Assembly: GCF_009914755.1 (NCBI RefSeq)
Contig: NC_060929.1
Length of the DNA: 64,000 bases
Direction: 5' to 3' (one strand)
From: the human T2T-CHM13v2.0 reference genome, Homo sapiens
Shown here: positions 18,567-37,895 of the stretch, one piece after another
Numbering within the stretch: position 1 is the first letter of the stretch
Layout: every line of letters starts with the position of its first letter
Position numbers and translations under genes: made by a program
Notes under the pieces: generated by a model
Database searches by the model: none
What the model saw: only the letters and a program-made list of their open reading frames with translations
What the model was told of the DNA's origin: nothing

Positions 18567-19573
18567 CTACAAAGGGAATATACACTTGACAAAAAGTGTT
18601 CAGCCAAAAATTCTGGAAGTCAGCCTTTGAAGAAAATAACTTCTTATCCTCCATTAGTAATGGGATGCACAAAGGCAAGGCATTGACTTCTCACTTTTGG
18701 TGCAAACAGAAAATGTCACAAAAGAAGTATTATCCTATCCACAGAATAAAGCTTTTGTCTCATAACACTTTTACTTTAAGCACACTTTTTTGTAATCTTC
18801 AGGAATTTAGCAACCGAGAAGACAAAACAGAAAGAACTTAAAACAGTTATTAAAAAGAAATATAGCAGCTATCAATTTCCAACAATGAAACTTAAGACAG
18901 CTTTGAATAGTCTCTCAAAAAAGCTTTTGGCACTAAATCAGAGAAATTATGGACTAAAATGTCCCTCTCCTGAAGAGTCTCTACTCCTTCCTTATGGGCC
19001 CAAGTTATTTCCTATGATAAACAGAATTCTTATTCCTTGGTTCATGTATTAAGGATTAGTGACCTCAACTATCAGATCCCTTATGAGACTTATCCAACTC
19101 AGTATAAAATGGAACATCATGACAATGGAGATATTTTGCCTCATTCTACTTTTTGCGGATTTTAGTAACATACCCTTTTATTTATATACATGCTTCCTTT
19201 CCACGTCTGCATCCTAATCAACTGCAGATTTTGGTGTTCAATCATCCTTTTCAGTCATCAACCTCTTCAGTTCCTTTCTGAAACTCCCTCATTTTCTTCT
19301 GAAGTTTCCAGTAACATACTATCCAAAATGAAAAGACCAGGCAGAGTTTTATCAAAAGACTGTATCCCTCTGCTGATTCTTAGGCTCCTTGAAATCATAA
19401 GTGACACTGTGCCCCAAATTGCACATAATTTGCCATTTCAGGCACAGATCCAAAGAAAGAAGAAAAAAAATCCAGATTTATCATTGGTTCCACATAACTC
19501 CTCTATACTTATGGTTCTGAAAGAAACTTAAAATGTAGTAACATATGGTAACCATTTCTGGAGATACTGTTAA

Positions 19574-19885
<312 letters not shown>

Positions 19886-20168
19886 TAATCTTGTGGGAAG
19901 TAATTGAAAAACCAAGTGACTGAACATTTAATTTCTGCTATTTTTCTTATTAATTCTGTGATATTTGAGAAATGGTAGCAGAGGTGTTAAACTTAGTTTT
20001 ATCTCTCTAGTTAGCATACAGAATCTTTGAATCTTTTATTATTTGTTCTCTACCGCAAAACCTAAATATGCTGGGTACTATATAGGTCAACTCAATGAAT
20101 ATGTAAATAGAGCACTTATAGAGCAAATATGTGGATATAGGGATCAATATGACATATTATATATACTA

Positions 20169-20560
20169 GTGCTGTGGTTTGAATATGTCCCCCAAAGTTT
20201 ATGTGTTGGAAGAAAATCTCCAATTCAACAGTCCCAACAGTGGGACCTTTAAGAGGTGATTAGGTCATGAGGGCTCTGAGTTCACAAACAGATTAATGAC
20301 GTTATCTTGGGAGCAGGTTAATATCATAGGAGTGGGATCCTGGTAAAAGAATGAGTTCAGTTCCCTTCCTTCCCCCTACCCTCTCTCATGTACTCTTTGG
20401 CCCTTCCACAATGTTGTGATAAGCAAGAAGTCCCTCCCTACATGTGGGCCCTTTGACCTTGGACTTCCCAGTCTCCACAACTATAAGAAATAAATCTCTG
20501 TTCTTTTAAAATTACCCAGTCTCAGGTATTCTGTTACAGCAGAATAAAAGGAACTAAGAC
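20169..20560 (+). mobile_element. MST-type MaLR solo LTR
   Basis: tgctgtggtttgaatatgtcccccaaag...ataaatctctgttcttttaaaattacccagtctcaggtattctgtt...actaagaca. Confidence 0.8.
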
Positions 20561-22103
20561 AATAAGCATATTATTGTTAAGTGAATTAAGTGGTGTCAAT
20601 ATATTTCAAAGGGATATAATAAAAATGAATGGATCAGAAGCTGAAAAAGCAATCCCTACTTGTAAATTTGGTAGTCTGCTGTAACTACCAATTATCCCAA
20701 AGCATTATGATGTCCAATATAATTTGCATCTCCACTATGACACTCAGTGGTACTAAAAAGCAACATAAAAATATTTATATCTGGCAGATGGTTTAATTAT
20801 ACCTGGGGTCACACTCTATAGTGCATTCTCTTTTTGCTTTGCAAAAATGATGCCCTACAAAATTCAAGAAAGAATGATAGCTTTAATACCAACATAAGGC
20901 AAAGATTGAAGCTAGTCATGGATTACCAAAAGAGACTGATAAATATCATACTGATAGAAAGAGATGTAGATGTTCTACTGCTAGCCTTTTACTTTAAAAA
21001 TTCAATATTATTGGTTCCAACCACTAAGTTGGTTTGAGGCCTGCTTGCTGAAAAGCAGTCAGGAAGTGCTAAATTTCTTGGCTCCTGGTTTCTTACAGAA
21101 GTGTTAACTGTACCAGTTTAGTTGGCTTGACTACTCTGAGGGCAGAATGACTCTGAAAGTTTTTCTTTTCCAACAGTTTTCATCGAGATGCTGAGTGCCT
21201 GTTCAAACAAATATTTTGGAATCTTTTCAAAACAGATTCTCTTCAAAAAATATACAACTCAGCATATTTAACTGAATTATTAGAAACATATGCTTAAAGC
21301 TTCATTTGAGAAGAAAAAATATAAACTATATTTTTAAATTGAACTTTAGTTGGATCTGAAAACACTTTTAAAATTAAACAATAGTATACAGAGAACAATA
21401 TTCAGAATAAGACTTTTGAAACTTGGGCTTTCTTTTTTTGAACATAGTTTCACATTACTGCTCCCTATCAATGTTACTTCTCATTTGAAATGTAGTTCAG
21501 CTGTGTCATACTAAAAATAAATAAGTCATATTTGTCTTACCTTATAAATATTTATGGTCATGCCACAGAAAAAATGCTTTTAATATTAAGCAAAATGTAC
21601 AAAATATTTTAAAATATGAGTCAAACCTCATATTTTCATTTAATACATGTATAAACAGAGAAACCTTATTTCTACCTAACACCTTTTCTAGGTTCCACTC
21701 CTTAAATTCCTTAAAAATTTTTGGCTTATACATCTGTCTCCACCCTCCTACTGACCAGTTATGCTTCTCTGAAATTTAATAACAATGCCATCACTCTTAA
21801 GAAGGTCTGTACCCCAAATGAGGTACAAAACCAGGTACAACTGAATTCAGTATTTAGGGATATACAGACAATAAAACTATTATAAAGCGTAGGGAAATTA
21901 TTATACAAAGTCAAGATAGTGGTCATCCCTAGGGAGGATGGAGGATGTGTTTGGTGAAGGACACATGGAGAACTTTTAGGTTACTGCTGTGTTTTGACCT
22001 TATGTTGCTTGGATGGGTGTTGGCTTTATTATTCTTTCTTTCTTACTTTCTTTTTGAGACAGGATTTTACTCTATTGCCTAGGCCAGAGTGCAGTGGCAT
22101 TAA

Positions 22104-22211
<108 letters not shown>

Positions 22212-23788
22212 TAAAAAAAAATTTCTTATAGAGACAGGGTCTCGCCATATTGCCCAGGCTGGTCTCAAACTTCTGGCACAAGCAATCCTCCTGTCTTGGC
22301 CTCCCAAAGTGTTGGGATTAAAGGCAAGAGTCACCGTACTGGCCTATAAATTTCTTAAATTGTACATATACAATGCACTTCTTTGTACATGTGATATATC
22401 AAAGATAAGCCTTTAAAAATAGATTTTAAGTGGACACATCCTTTCAAAATTTAGTAGAGAGACTCAAAAATATTTTGTATCATACAGAAATGTATTGGTT
22501 ATGTTGTGGCAAACTTAAACAAGCTACCTATTTTTCTTCTACAAGAAACAACTGCTCCGAATTTGAAGACTTTTTCTACGACGACACATAGGTGTCAATA
22601 GTATGCTACGTAGGTACACAGCAGATATTAAAAACAAAAACAACCCCATCCCACATACTTAATTTATCTCCCTTCAAGATAAAGATGGTATTTTAATCGT
22701 CTGAGAAAGTAGTTGCTTTAAAAAAAAAAACATGTTACACAAAGAACATTCTGATAATAAATGTTTAGAAATGTTTCCATTGTTAGATGGTTTTATTGCT
22801 GAACATGTCTGTCACCAATAAAAACTCCCATCTGCAGTTTCACACACATGGATTCAAAATTTTCTAAGATTTAAAAACTTCCAAATGAAGAATTTAAATG
22901 GTCTTTGAACCTGACATTAAACATGACAGAAAAATCAAAGTAATAATTATAATTCTAAAGCAAATTGCACTACCAGTGTCTAGGTATTTACTCCATGTAA
23001 TGCAAGTATTAATACTAATATTTTAATTGAAAAGTGTGCAGAAGTATAACAATGTTTAGAAATCAGTGAAATTAAATACTCAACATACTTCAAATGTGGA
23101 AATTTACAAACATTATAAAGTATCAAATAAAACATTAATATATAAAACATAAACATTAAAAAATAAAAACATAAACATTAAACAGTTATGATTCTAACGT
23201 AAAGTATTCAATATGACTGTATGCAATGCTTCTTTACCCTTTGTAAACTTCCACCCAGTGTGTCTTTCAAAATGACACCTCTCAAGTAATCAGTCCAGAA
23301 AGACTTCAGGACCTTCCTAAAGTGTTTAGTACTCCTCCAATGGAACTTTCAGACCAGCTAGGCAGCTCCTTCACTCTGTACAGAAGCTACTGAATTGTAG
23401 GTCTTTTTTTGTTTGTTTGTTTTGAGATAGGGTTCCATTGTGTCGCCCAGGCTAGAGTACCGTGGTGCGCTGATAGCTCGCAGCAGCAACAAGAGGCTCA
23501 AGTGATCCTCTTGCCTCAGCCTCCCAAGAAGCTAGGACTCCAGGTGTGCACCACGGTGCCCAGCTAATTAAAAAAAAAAATTTTTTTTTTTTTGTAGAGA
23601 TGGGGCTGTTATGTTGCCCAGGCTGATCTCAACTGATCCTCCTGCCTCTGTCTCCCAAAATGCTGGAATTACAGGTGTGAGCCAACATGCCTGCCCAAGA
23701 ATTGTTCTGTCTATCAACTCTTCTCCTTCCCCCAACAGAGAGACTTGCCACCTTCTGAGGGGTCCCTCTAAATCAATACTTTTTTTTT

Positions 23789-23792
<4 letters not shown>

Positions 23793-23850
<58 letters not shown>
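23793..23850. repeat. (TG)29 microsatellite
   Basis: 58 nt of uninterrupted TG. Confidence 0.95.
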
Positions 23851-23853
<3 letters not shown>

Positions 23854-23973
23854 TGTGTTGGGAGGGAGGGTAGTGGCTGGAACAATTGGGTGGTAAAGTA
23901 GAGCTAGGAGGGTGTCAGAAATGAAGGGGAAGGCAGAAAAGTAGAAGAGAGGAGAGCTTAGGGGACAGGCTAG

Positions 23974-24345
<372 letters not shown>

Positions 24346-26104
24346 TAAATTAACAGTATTAAATCAATGAAAACACTAGTATTTTGAGCTTAAAAAATAG
24401 CATGGAATACTAAATATACAAACTAGTACTGCAATCACTAAATGTAAGAATTGAATGATATTATGGAGGATGAAAATTCATCATGCAAATTTCAACAAAA
24501 AACATCACATGTAATTGTTGGATAAGACTGAAATGAACTTTGTTTTTTTTTTTTTTTTTTTTTTTTTTTGAGACAGGGTCTTGCTCTGTCACCCAGGTTG
24601 GAGTGTAGTGGCGGTATGATCATTGGCTCACTATTACCTTGAACTCCTGGGCTCAAGTAATCCTCCTGCCTCAGCCTCCCGAGTAGCTGGGACTACAGGC
24701 ATGTGCCACATGCCTGATTAATTTTTTTAATTTTTTGTAGAGATGAGGTCTTGCTATATTGCCCAGGTTGGTCTTAACTCCTGGCCTCAAGTAATCCTCC
24801 TACCTTGGCCTCCCAAAATGTTGAGATTACAGGCATGAGCCACTGTGCCTGGCCTGGAGTAAACTTTGAATCAGTTTAAATTACTGTGTGACAAACTATT
24901 AAATAATAAAGACTATTACAATGTTAAAGTGAAAACAAAAAATTGACTATACTGCCAATAAATCAAATTTAAAGTTAATTTTATCAAGATTGATTATGTC
25001 TTTCTAATAATTAAAAATTTCTATTATGTTTTATAGAGTATATATGTAAGTATAGAACTATATGTACATAATTTGCAAATGAATATGTGCATGCACACAC
25101 ACATAAGCAGTCTCATTTTTTTAAGATTGTTATTTTTTTTTTAACTAAGTGGCATGGTGAAAAAGCTTTTGAAGAAAGTAAATGTTAATAAACACTTGGT
25201 TGAAGATTATGAGTTCTCTGTTTTAGAATTCCAAACTGTTACTTAGCTGAAAGAAAACAACTTCATCAACAACATATAGACAAAGAACTTGACCTGAAAA
25301 TTAATTCTCCGGCCCATGTATTTTATTACAGATTCTGCTGAGAATAAATTTCAAAATTCTTTTCAATGCAATTTATGTTCTTAAATTTTGGTTTTAAAAA
25401 AATCCATTAATTTTTAAAAATTCTACTATGCTGAGAATCTCTTATTTTTATGTCTACAAAATGATCAGTAAAAGAAATGCAAGTTTTTAGTTTTTGGTTT
25501 TTTTTTTTAATAGCAGCAGCACTGGAATGAGGCTTAAAGAATTATATAAACAACAGAAACATTTTAACCAAGTTAAGATGCTTCCATTTTTCTCTAGGTT
25601 GATGTAAACAGTAACACCACCACCACCACTGCAACCACTCCATTCCATCTACTATCTAGAAAGAGCAGTTCCAAATGGGAAATGGTGAGTGACATTCCAC
25701 AAAGGAAAATTAGGAATGTGGAAAAAATTCCCAAGTGGGAAAGTTTTCCAAGCAGCTTCTCCTTTTATCCACTTTATTAGGATGTCAAAATAAATCACAA
25801 ATTGTCTCAATCTACTTAAGTGCAATAAGTTAAGAGTATTATTAACTTAATATTTTGAAATAAAGAGCATGTCTTAATTATAAATAAAGAGTAACTGCAA
25901 TGCCATGCCAGTTATTACTCTCCTCCTTACACAAACCCACCAGAACAATTTCTGGAAAATTAATAAAATTTCCAGTTTCATAACCCAATTCCCCATGGGG
26001 GAAATAAAAGTGGGGAATAAGAAAAATGCCAGGCTAGCATTTTAACTAAAATTTCCTATCCTTAAAAACTAGAAAGACAATGAAAGACAGTAAAGGTTTC
26101 AGTG

Positions 26105-26138
<34 letters not shown>

Positions 26139-26251
26139 TACATTTTATTTTTAATACTGTACATAGATGTGATGCAAACGAAACACATCTACTCCTTAAA
26201 CAGATCACCAAAGAAAAATAGACTCTTTCTTGTTCCTTTCCCATATCTTAA

Positions 26252-26576
26252 TGCTATAGTTTGAGTGTGTTCCCTCCAAAATTAAGGCATTGCCAATGTG
26301 ATGATATTAAGAGGTGGAGCCTTTAGGAGGTGATTAGGCCGGGAGGGGTCCCCCCTCATTAAGGCCCTTACAAAAGAGGCTTAGCATAGCATTTGGCTAG
26401 CTTGTTCTTCAGCTCTTCTGACATGGATGACACAGCAACAAGGCCCGTGTCAGATCAAATGCCAGTGCCTTGATCTCAGACTTCTCAGCTTCCAGAATTG
26501 TGAGAAATAAATTTCTGTTCTTTATAAATTACCCAGTCTCAAGTATTCCTTACACAGCACCAAATGGACTAAGGCA
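26252..26576 (+). mobile_element. MST-type MaLR solo LTR
   Basis: tgctatagtttgagtgtgttccctccaaa...aattacccagtctcaagtattc...ggactaaggca. Confidence 0.8.
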
Positions 26577-27680
26577 CTTAAGGAAAGGATTCTATACATC
26601 AAGCCTTAGAAATCCTCATCATAGCTCTCAAGAAAGGCAGACAGACAAAGAGAAATTCTGCTTTACCACTGGAAAGACACTGTCAACAAATGGTTTACAC
26701 AAACTGGTCATTCAAAAGATGATGGCTGTATTTTCAATCCAGATGGCAAATATTGTAGTAGCCTGATCAGAATCTATTGCTAGTCGCATTCTGCAGATCA
26801 ATCCCAGAATAACAGAACAGATAAAGGCAACAGCTCAAAGTGAAACCTGCCCTGCCAACTGGCTCCTATCAACTAATTTTTATCCATAGGAAAGTTTTAC
26901 AAACTAAATATGAGATATTTTAGGAAAAAAAGAAAAAAGTAGTGCTAGAAAGTATATGCTGAAATAAGAACTGTCACACATTGCTAGTAGAAGTATAAGT
27001 TGGCACAATCTTTCTAGAAAGCAATTTGCAATATATATTACGAACCTTAATTCTGTTCATACCCTTCATTATAATACTTATATCTTTGAGACTCTGTTAG
27101 AAAGAAATCAAAATATGATATAAAAATTATGCAGAAAGCTGCTAATAACCGCATTTAAAATAATTAAAAATGTAAACATTTTAATATTAAAACACTCTTA
27201 AATTATGTATATTTAAATTTAAGATGATATTTAGAAAGAATTCCTAATACGGAAGAGTGCTTGTAAAACAAATTTCTTCTTTTGGCATTTCAGTGAGTCT
27301 TAAGGACAATTTTTATCATACAACTTTTTACTACTGTTTGAAAGCCAGTACTTTCCCCTTATCTATCATTCTTAGCTTCAGTCTCTACCCCTATGGTTTA
27401 TGGCAGTTAAAATCTTTGGATGACCTTGCCAAAGGACTGCAGGTTTGCTTCAGCGTTTAGGAGAGGCTGGAGACTGTTTTGCTGTTTTGTTGTCCAAAGA
27501 GCCATTTTGATCAGAACATTTTTTATTAGAACTGTGGGGGTAGACTGAAATTAAGGTGAACGAGCCTGACCTTTTTATTAACTTCCTCAGAAACAAGGCA
27601 AGCGGTATCCCTATGGGTGTCACAGCAGTACGAAGTACAAGTCCCTATGGTTGCTGACATTAGAGTCCTTCTGTGCAGAC

Positions 27681-27910
27681 CAGGGGTCGGTACCCTATGG
27701 CCTGATAAAACAAATCCAAGCCCATGTCCTGTTTTCATAAATGTCCTGTTTTTGTAAATAAAATTTTTACTGGAACACAGCCAGGCCCATGCACTTATGT
27801 TTTGTCTATGGCTACTTCCACTCCACAATGGCAAAGTTGAGTCCGTATGCCCACAAAGCCTAAAGTATTTACTAACGTGTCCTTTATAGAAAAAAATTTA
27901 CCAACTCCTG
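27681..27910. mobile_element. MER58-type hAT-Charlie DNA transposon
   Basis: Termini caggggtcgg... and ...ccaactcctg; internal aaataaaatttttactggaacacagcc. Confidence 0.75.
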
Positions 27911-28397
27911 TCCTAGACCATCTTAAGGCCCCCTTAAGGACTCAGATGTGGAAGAGTCTTCCACTCTCCTTGACGGGCAAAGGAGATGAATGAGGGAGGA
28001 GCCTACATGCCCTTAACAGATCCATGCCAGGGAGCATCTGAATAGGTTTTTCCTTCAGTAATATTTATAACCAGATGTCCCTAGGTGTCATTAGGCTTAA
28101 TCCCTTGCAAAATTTACCTCTCACATTTAAAAACAAAAGCCAAACAAAAAATCCTCAACCTCAGCCAAAACAACTACAATAAATGTTCTTGCACAGAGCA
28201 GCACCTGCACAGAAACCTTCCCAAGGCACCTGGTCATCAATATTACATATGGCCTCATTCCACTCCTGGTACAACCAGAACATATAGCATAGTCACTCAC
28301 AGGAGTATGCCACAGGATTCTTGGTAATGCTAGTACAGGATGAGTTCAATTTGTATTTTTCCTAATGAAAAATGAGTTCTAAATATATACATGTATA

Positions 28398-30857
<2,460 letters not shown>

Positions 30858-31514
30858 TAAGCCTCTCAGCTAATAAACTGGAATTGGCAGATATTCTTGA
30901 GGAAATGCTGGGCTCTCCTTTCTGGCTTTGTCTTCTTCCTGATTTAGACCTCGGTATACTACATTGTCTTATTAGTTGTCCTATGTCTTCAAGCATATTT
31001 TTAAAAACATTTTGTCAGCTTTTCTAGTTATTCTCAACAACTTGGTCAGCCCAAATTCCTTAATCTGTCAATTCACAGATTGATGACTGTACAGCCATCA
31101 CCATAATCCATTTTAGAACATTTTTACCATCCCAAAAGAAGTCCCAGACCCCATTTTCCCCTTTCCCCAGCCCCTGGAAACCATTAATCTACTTTCTGTT
31201 TCTATGGCTTTACCGAATCTAGAAAGTTTATATAAATGGAATCATACAATATGTAGTCTTTTTTGTGTGGCTTCTTTCACACAGCATAATGTCTTCAAGG
31301 TTGATACATATTGTTGTTCATCAGTTGATGGACATTTGAGTTGTTTCCACTTTGACCATCATGAATGTTAGGAACATTTGTTTACAAGTATTTGTGTAGA
31401 CATATGTTTTTAATTCTCTGGATAGATACCTAGAAGTAGAATTGCTAGGTCATATGATAGCTCTGTATTTAACATTTGAGGAGCTATCAAACTGTTTTCA
31501 AAAATGGTTGTACA

Positions 31515-34567
<3,053 letters not shown>

Positions 34568-35607
34568 CTAGGGCATGACCTCTTTAAGCAATTATTAATA
34601 CCCCATTTACTAGCCTTAATAAAATAGAAAATATATAACTATCTAGAGACATAATTTTTAAAAAATAAAAATAACTCTCACTATAATAGAAAAGAGAAAG
34701 AAATGAAAATAACATAATGAAATTGTATTTTAACATGTAAATTCCCAGGCATAGCTACATTCAAAGACATAATAAAGAAGGCCAATGCTTGCCTCTATTT
34801 GAAATTAATAAGACAATTTAAGAGAAGTAAAACTAGAAGCCATTCTGTATATGAAGTATAGGTAAATAAAAAAGAAGTTTTGATAGACATAAGTAAAAAC
34901 TAGTGTTATTTTAAAAAGCTAGTGTTAGAATAAGTATCAGGTCAGATCTGTATACACTAAACAAAGATAAAAATAACCTTAGTTGAAGTAGTGATAATAT
35001 ACCAAGATAAACTATAAACTACTGAAGTAGAAAAAATAAGGAAGCATGATGTTCTAGCAAATGAACCAGGGCTTTTTATAAGTATAGCACCAAAACAATT
35101 CCCAATATGATTTTATAGAAAACATATCTCCTAACTTAAAATAAGGCATAGAAAAGCTATGTAATAGACTTCGGGGACAATTTCAGAATGAGACTAAAAA
35201 AAGTATCAGGCAAGCCAAAGATGCATAATCTCAATGTGTAATTTTCACACCAATTCCTTATCATTGGCCTATAGTCAGCCACTGAGCTATAACAAGACAC
35301 TGGCATTTCATGTGCCTCCATCAATTCAATAATATTTGGTTTTAAGTCTGCTTGTTAAAAGAAGTTTCAAATCTCTTGTTATATACTTGCAATTGGTTTT
35401 ACTGCTTTTATAGCATAATTATACTATTACACTAAAACCCTTTTGACTAAATATATACTTGGATGTGTTACAATATTGAGCAGACAGAGAACAATGCTAG
35501 CCCAACCCTTCATATTATTTCCTCCAAAAAACCCACACTTTTGATTTGGCCCTAAAGAGTACCAGTCAAACCCAACCAGGCTCCCTCTTTCTTCAGGCTT
35601 CTCTAAT

Positions 35608-35752
35608 ACAGTCCCCAACTTACAGCAGTTCAACTTATGATTTTTTGACTTTATGATGGTTTTATCTGGGTATTAAATGCATTTTCAACTTAGGATATTT
35701 TTGGCTTATGATGGGTTTATCAGGAACACCCCAAAATAAGTGGAGAAGCATC
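35608..35752. mobile_element. Tigger-derived MITE remnant
   Basis: cagtccccaacttacagcagttcaacttatgattttttgactttatgatgg...cttatgatgggtttatcagg. Confidence 0.55.
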
Positions 35753-37079
35753 ATAATAATAATGAGACAGGAAGAAAAGATGATAAAGCAAAACTAGCTT
35801 CCAGGCAAGTAAACAAATAGTAAAATCAATTAGAACAGATTGATCTAGGAAAGAAAGAAGCCACTCAGGCAAGCAATTATGGACACAAAAGGGCAATTAA
35901 GCAAACAAAACTATTTGAAAAGAGAGGAAGAAAGAAAAATATATAAGGACAATGAATTTGAAAGAATAAAAGGATTCTAATGGGACTAGAAATAAGATCC
36001 CAGTCTAACAAAGTTTGTATTTAGATTTTTTTTGTTTTTGTAGAAATTTGCTAAGTTTTGCATATATCTCGCTATGTTGCCCAGGCTGGTCTCAAACTCC
36101 CGGCCTCAAGCAATCCACCTCCCTCAGCCTCCCAAAGTGCTGGGATTACAGGTGTAAGCCACTGTGCCTTGCCTGTATTTAAATTTAAGGCATCTCTGAC
36201 TCTAAGGCCAGGATTTGCTAAACACTCTTCAAGTGTTTAGCAAAAAGACAGTTCCTTTGAGGAAAAGTAACGGTGGAAAGTTGGAGAGAAGAGAGGGAGG
36301 CCCAAGTGTGAGAGAATGGAAGGGAAAGAGGATGGAGAAGGGTATAAAAGTAATACAACTAGCAAGTTGGCCATCCGCACTAGCCACTGATTAATGACCA
36401 AGGTCCTAGTCCATCTGTTTAACACTGATGTCAAGTTCCTCAAAATATAATTTATACAACTCTGGAAACCACCCCTCCTGGGAAAACTACTTTTCTGTCT
36501 TTTGTTGAACATCTGTATAATCCCAGCTATGAAACCATCAAGCCTCAATTACTTCCAATCACTGTCACTGGGCCAGGATCTATCTACTGTTACCTATTAA
36601 TAGATAAACTCTTCACTTTGCCTTAGTAAATATCATTTTACTAGATGTACTAGATTCCCCAAAGGAACTTTTTGTAAAGTGCTAAGAGGACAATCTGAGA
36701 TGTGGAGTTAGAGATGTCTTAAATCTAAATATAAACTTGTTAGACTGCGACCTTATTTACAATCCCATCAGAATCCTTTTATTCTCTCAAATTCTTTGTC
36801 CTTATATATTTTTCCTTCTTCCTCTCTCCTAAGACCTCAAGTACCAAAAAGAGTCAACTTAGGCTGCTCTATAGTGACAGTATTAGTGACAGGTAAAACA
36901 GAAAGACCAATTTACAGATGTGCACGCTAGAGGACATTATAAAAAAGAGTGCCACAGCATACCTAGGTTGTTTGAAGGGCAGTAGGAATGCTGCCTGTAC
37001 CCCACTTGGCTTATCAGAGCACCTGGAATGTTCTCAGTTAGAAAAATCTTGAAACTTTTGGTTAGGACTTCATATTTAC

Positions 37080-37169
37080 CGGATTCTCCATGTTAAAATG
37101 CAAATAGCCATGGAAATGTAATAGACTAAGTCTCTGACATATCCAATTGTTTTCCATTATAATACCAAG
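37080..37169 (-). other. SLC38A9: Candidate alternative SLC38A9 exon (90 nt); its ATG at 37111 encodes MAICILTWRIR in frame with exon 4
   Basis: Acceptor ctctgttgtcag|C; donor CCG|GTAAAT; phase 2 matches the 18566 acceptor. Confidence 0.6.
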
Positions 37170-37882
37170 CTGACAACAGAGCCCTGGAGGGAATAGGACA
37201 GATAAGTACTGGTGAATAAGGGGCAGAAGAAAAATATGGTTTACAAAGAATTGCCTAAGGGGTTAAGTCTGAGTGAATTCCTGCCCTGGGTAATACTGGG
37301 CATACAGAGAAGGATATGAAATCCCTAGGCCCTGGGGAAAATGGAAGAAGAGGAAACAGAGATAGAGAAAGACTGAAAAACAAGAGAAGCTCAAAAACAA
37401 ATTAACTATTTCACAATCTGTTTGTAGGCTAGCTGGATGGTCAACTTCCCCAGGGCATAGTCCGAGAATAGCAGCAATCCTGAATATGCAGCAACATCAA
37501 GCAATACTGAAAATCAGGTTCTATCTTTGGCTACCAGAAAGTCTGAGAAAAACAGGAAAGTAACCTCTTAGACTGGTACTTGCTAATGGAATGTAGCACA
37601 TATATCAAGATAGGAGACTTCTAAACCTTTCTGTCCCTCCACTCACACTCCTTATTCCACCCCCAAATCAGGGGGAAAACTGGTGGGGGAGGGGTATGCA
37701 GAATAAAAAGTAGGCCTGCATAGTTTGAAAAAGCCCCCCAAATGACTTGACATATATTATTCCCCTATAACAACAAGCTCCTTCCTCCACCTAAGTTTAG
37801 TTAGACCCCAGTTCCACTAAAAGGATAAGCGAACCATCATACTTTCAGTCCAAAGCAGTTATTAAAATTATGTGATTTTTAT

Positions 37883-37895
37883 TGCCACCTAGTGG
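37883..37895 (-). promoter_or_regulatory. CTCF core motif CCACTAGGTGGCA
   Basis: The plus strand reads tgccacctagtgg, a near-perfect CCASYAGRKGGC core in unique intronic DNA. Confidence 0.6.

Noticed and set aside
21531-21545. Isolated strong minus-strand donor AAG|GTAAGA (also one at ~48058)
   Set aside because: I found no convincing paired acceptor or frame; such motifs arise by chance in long introns.
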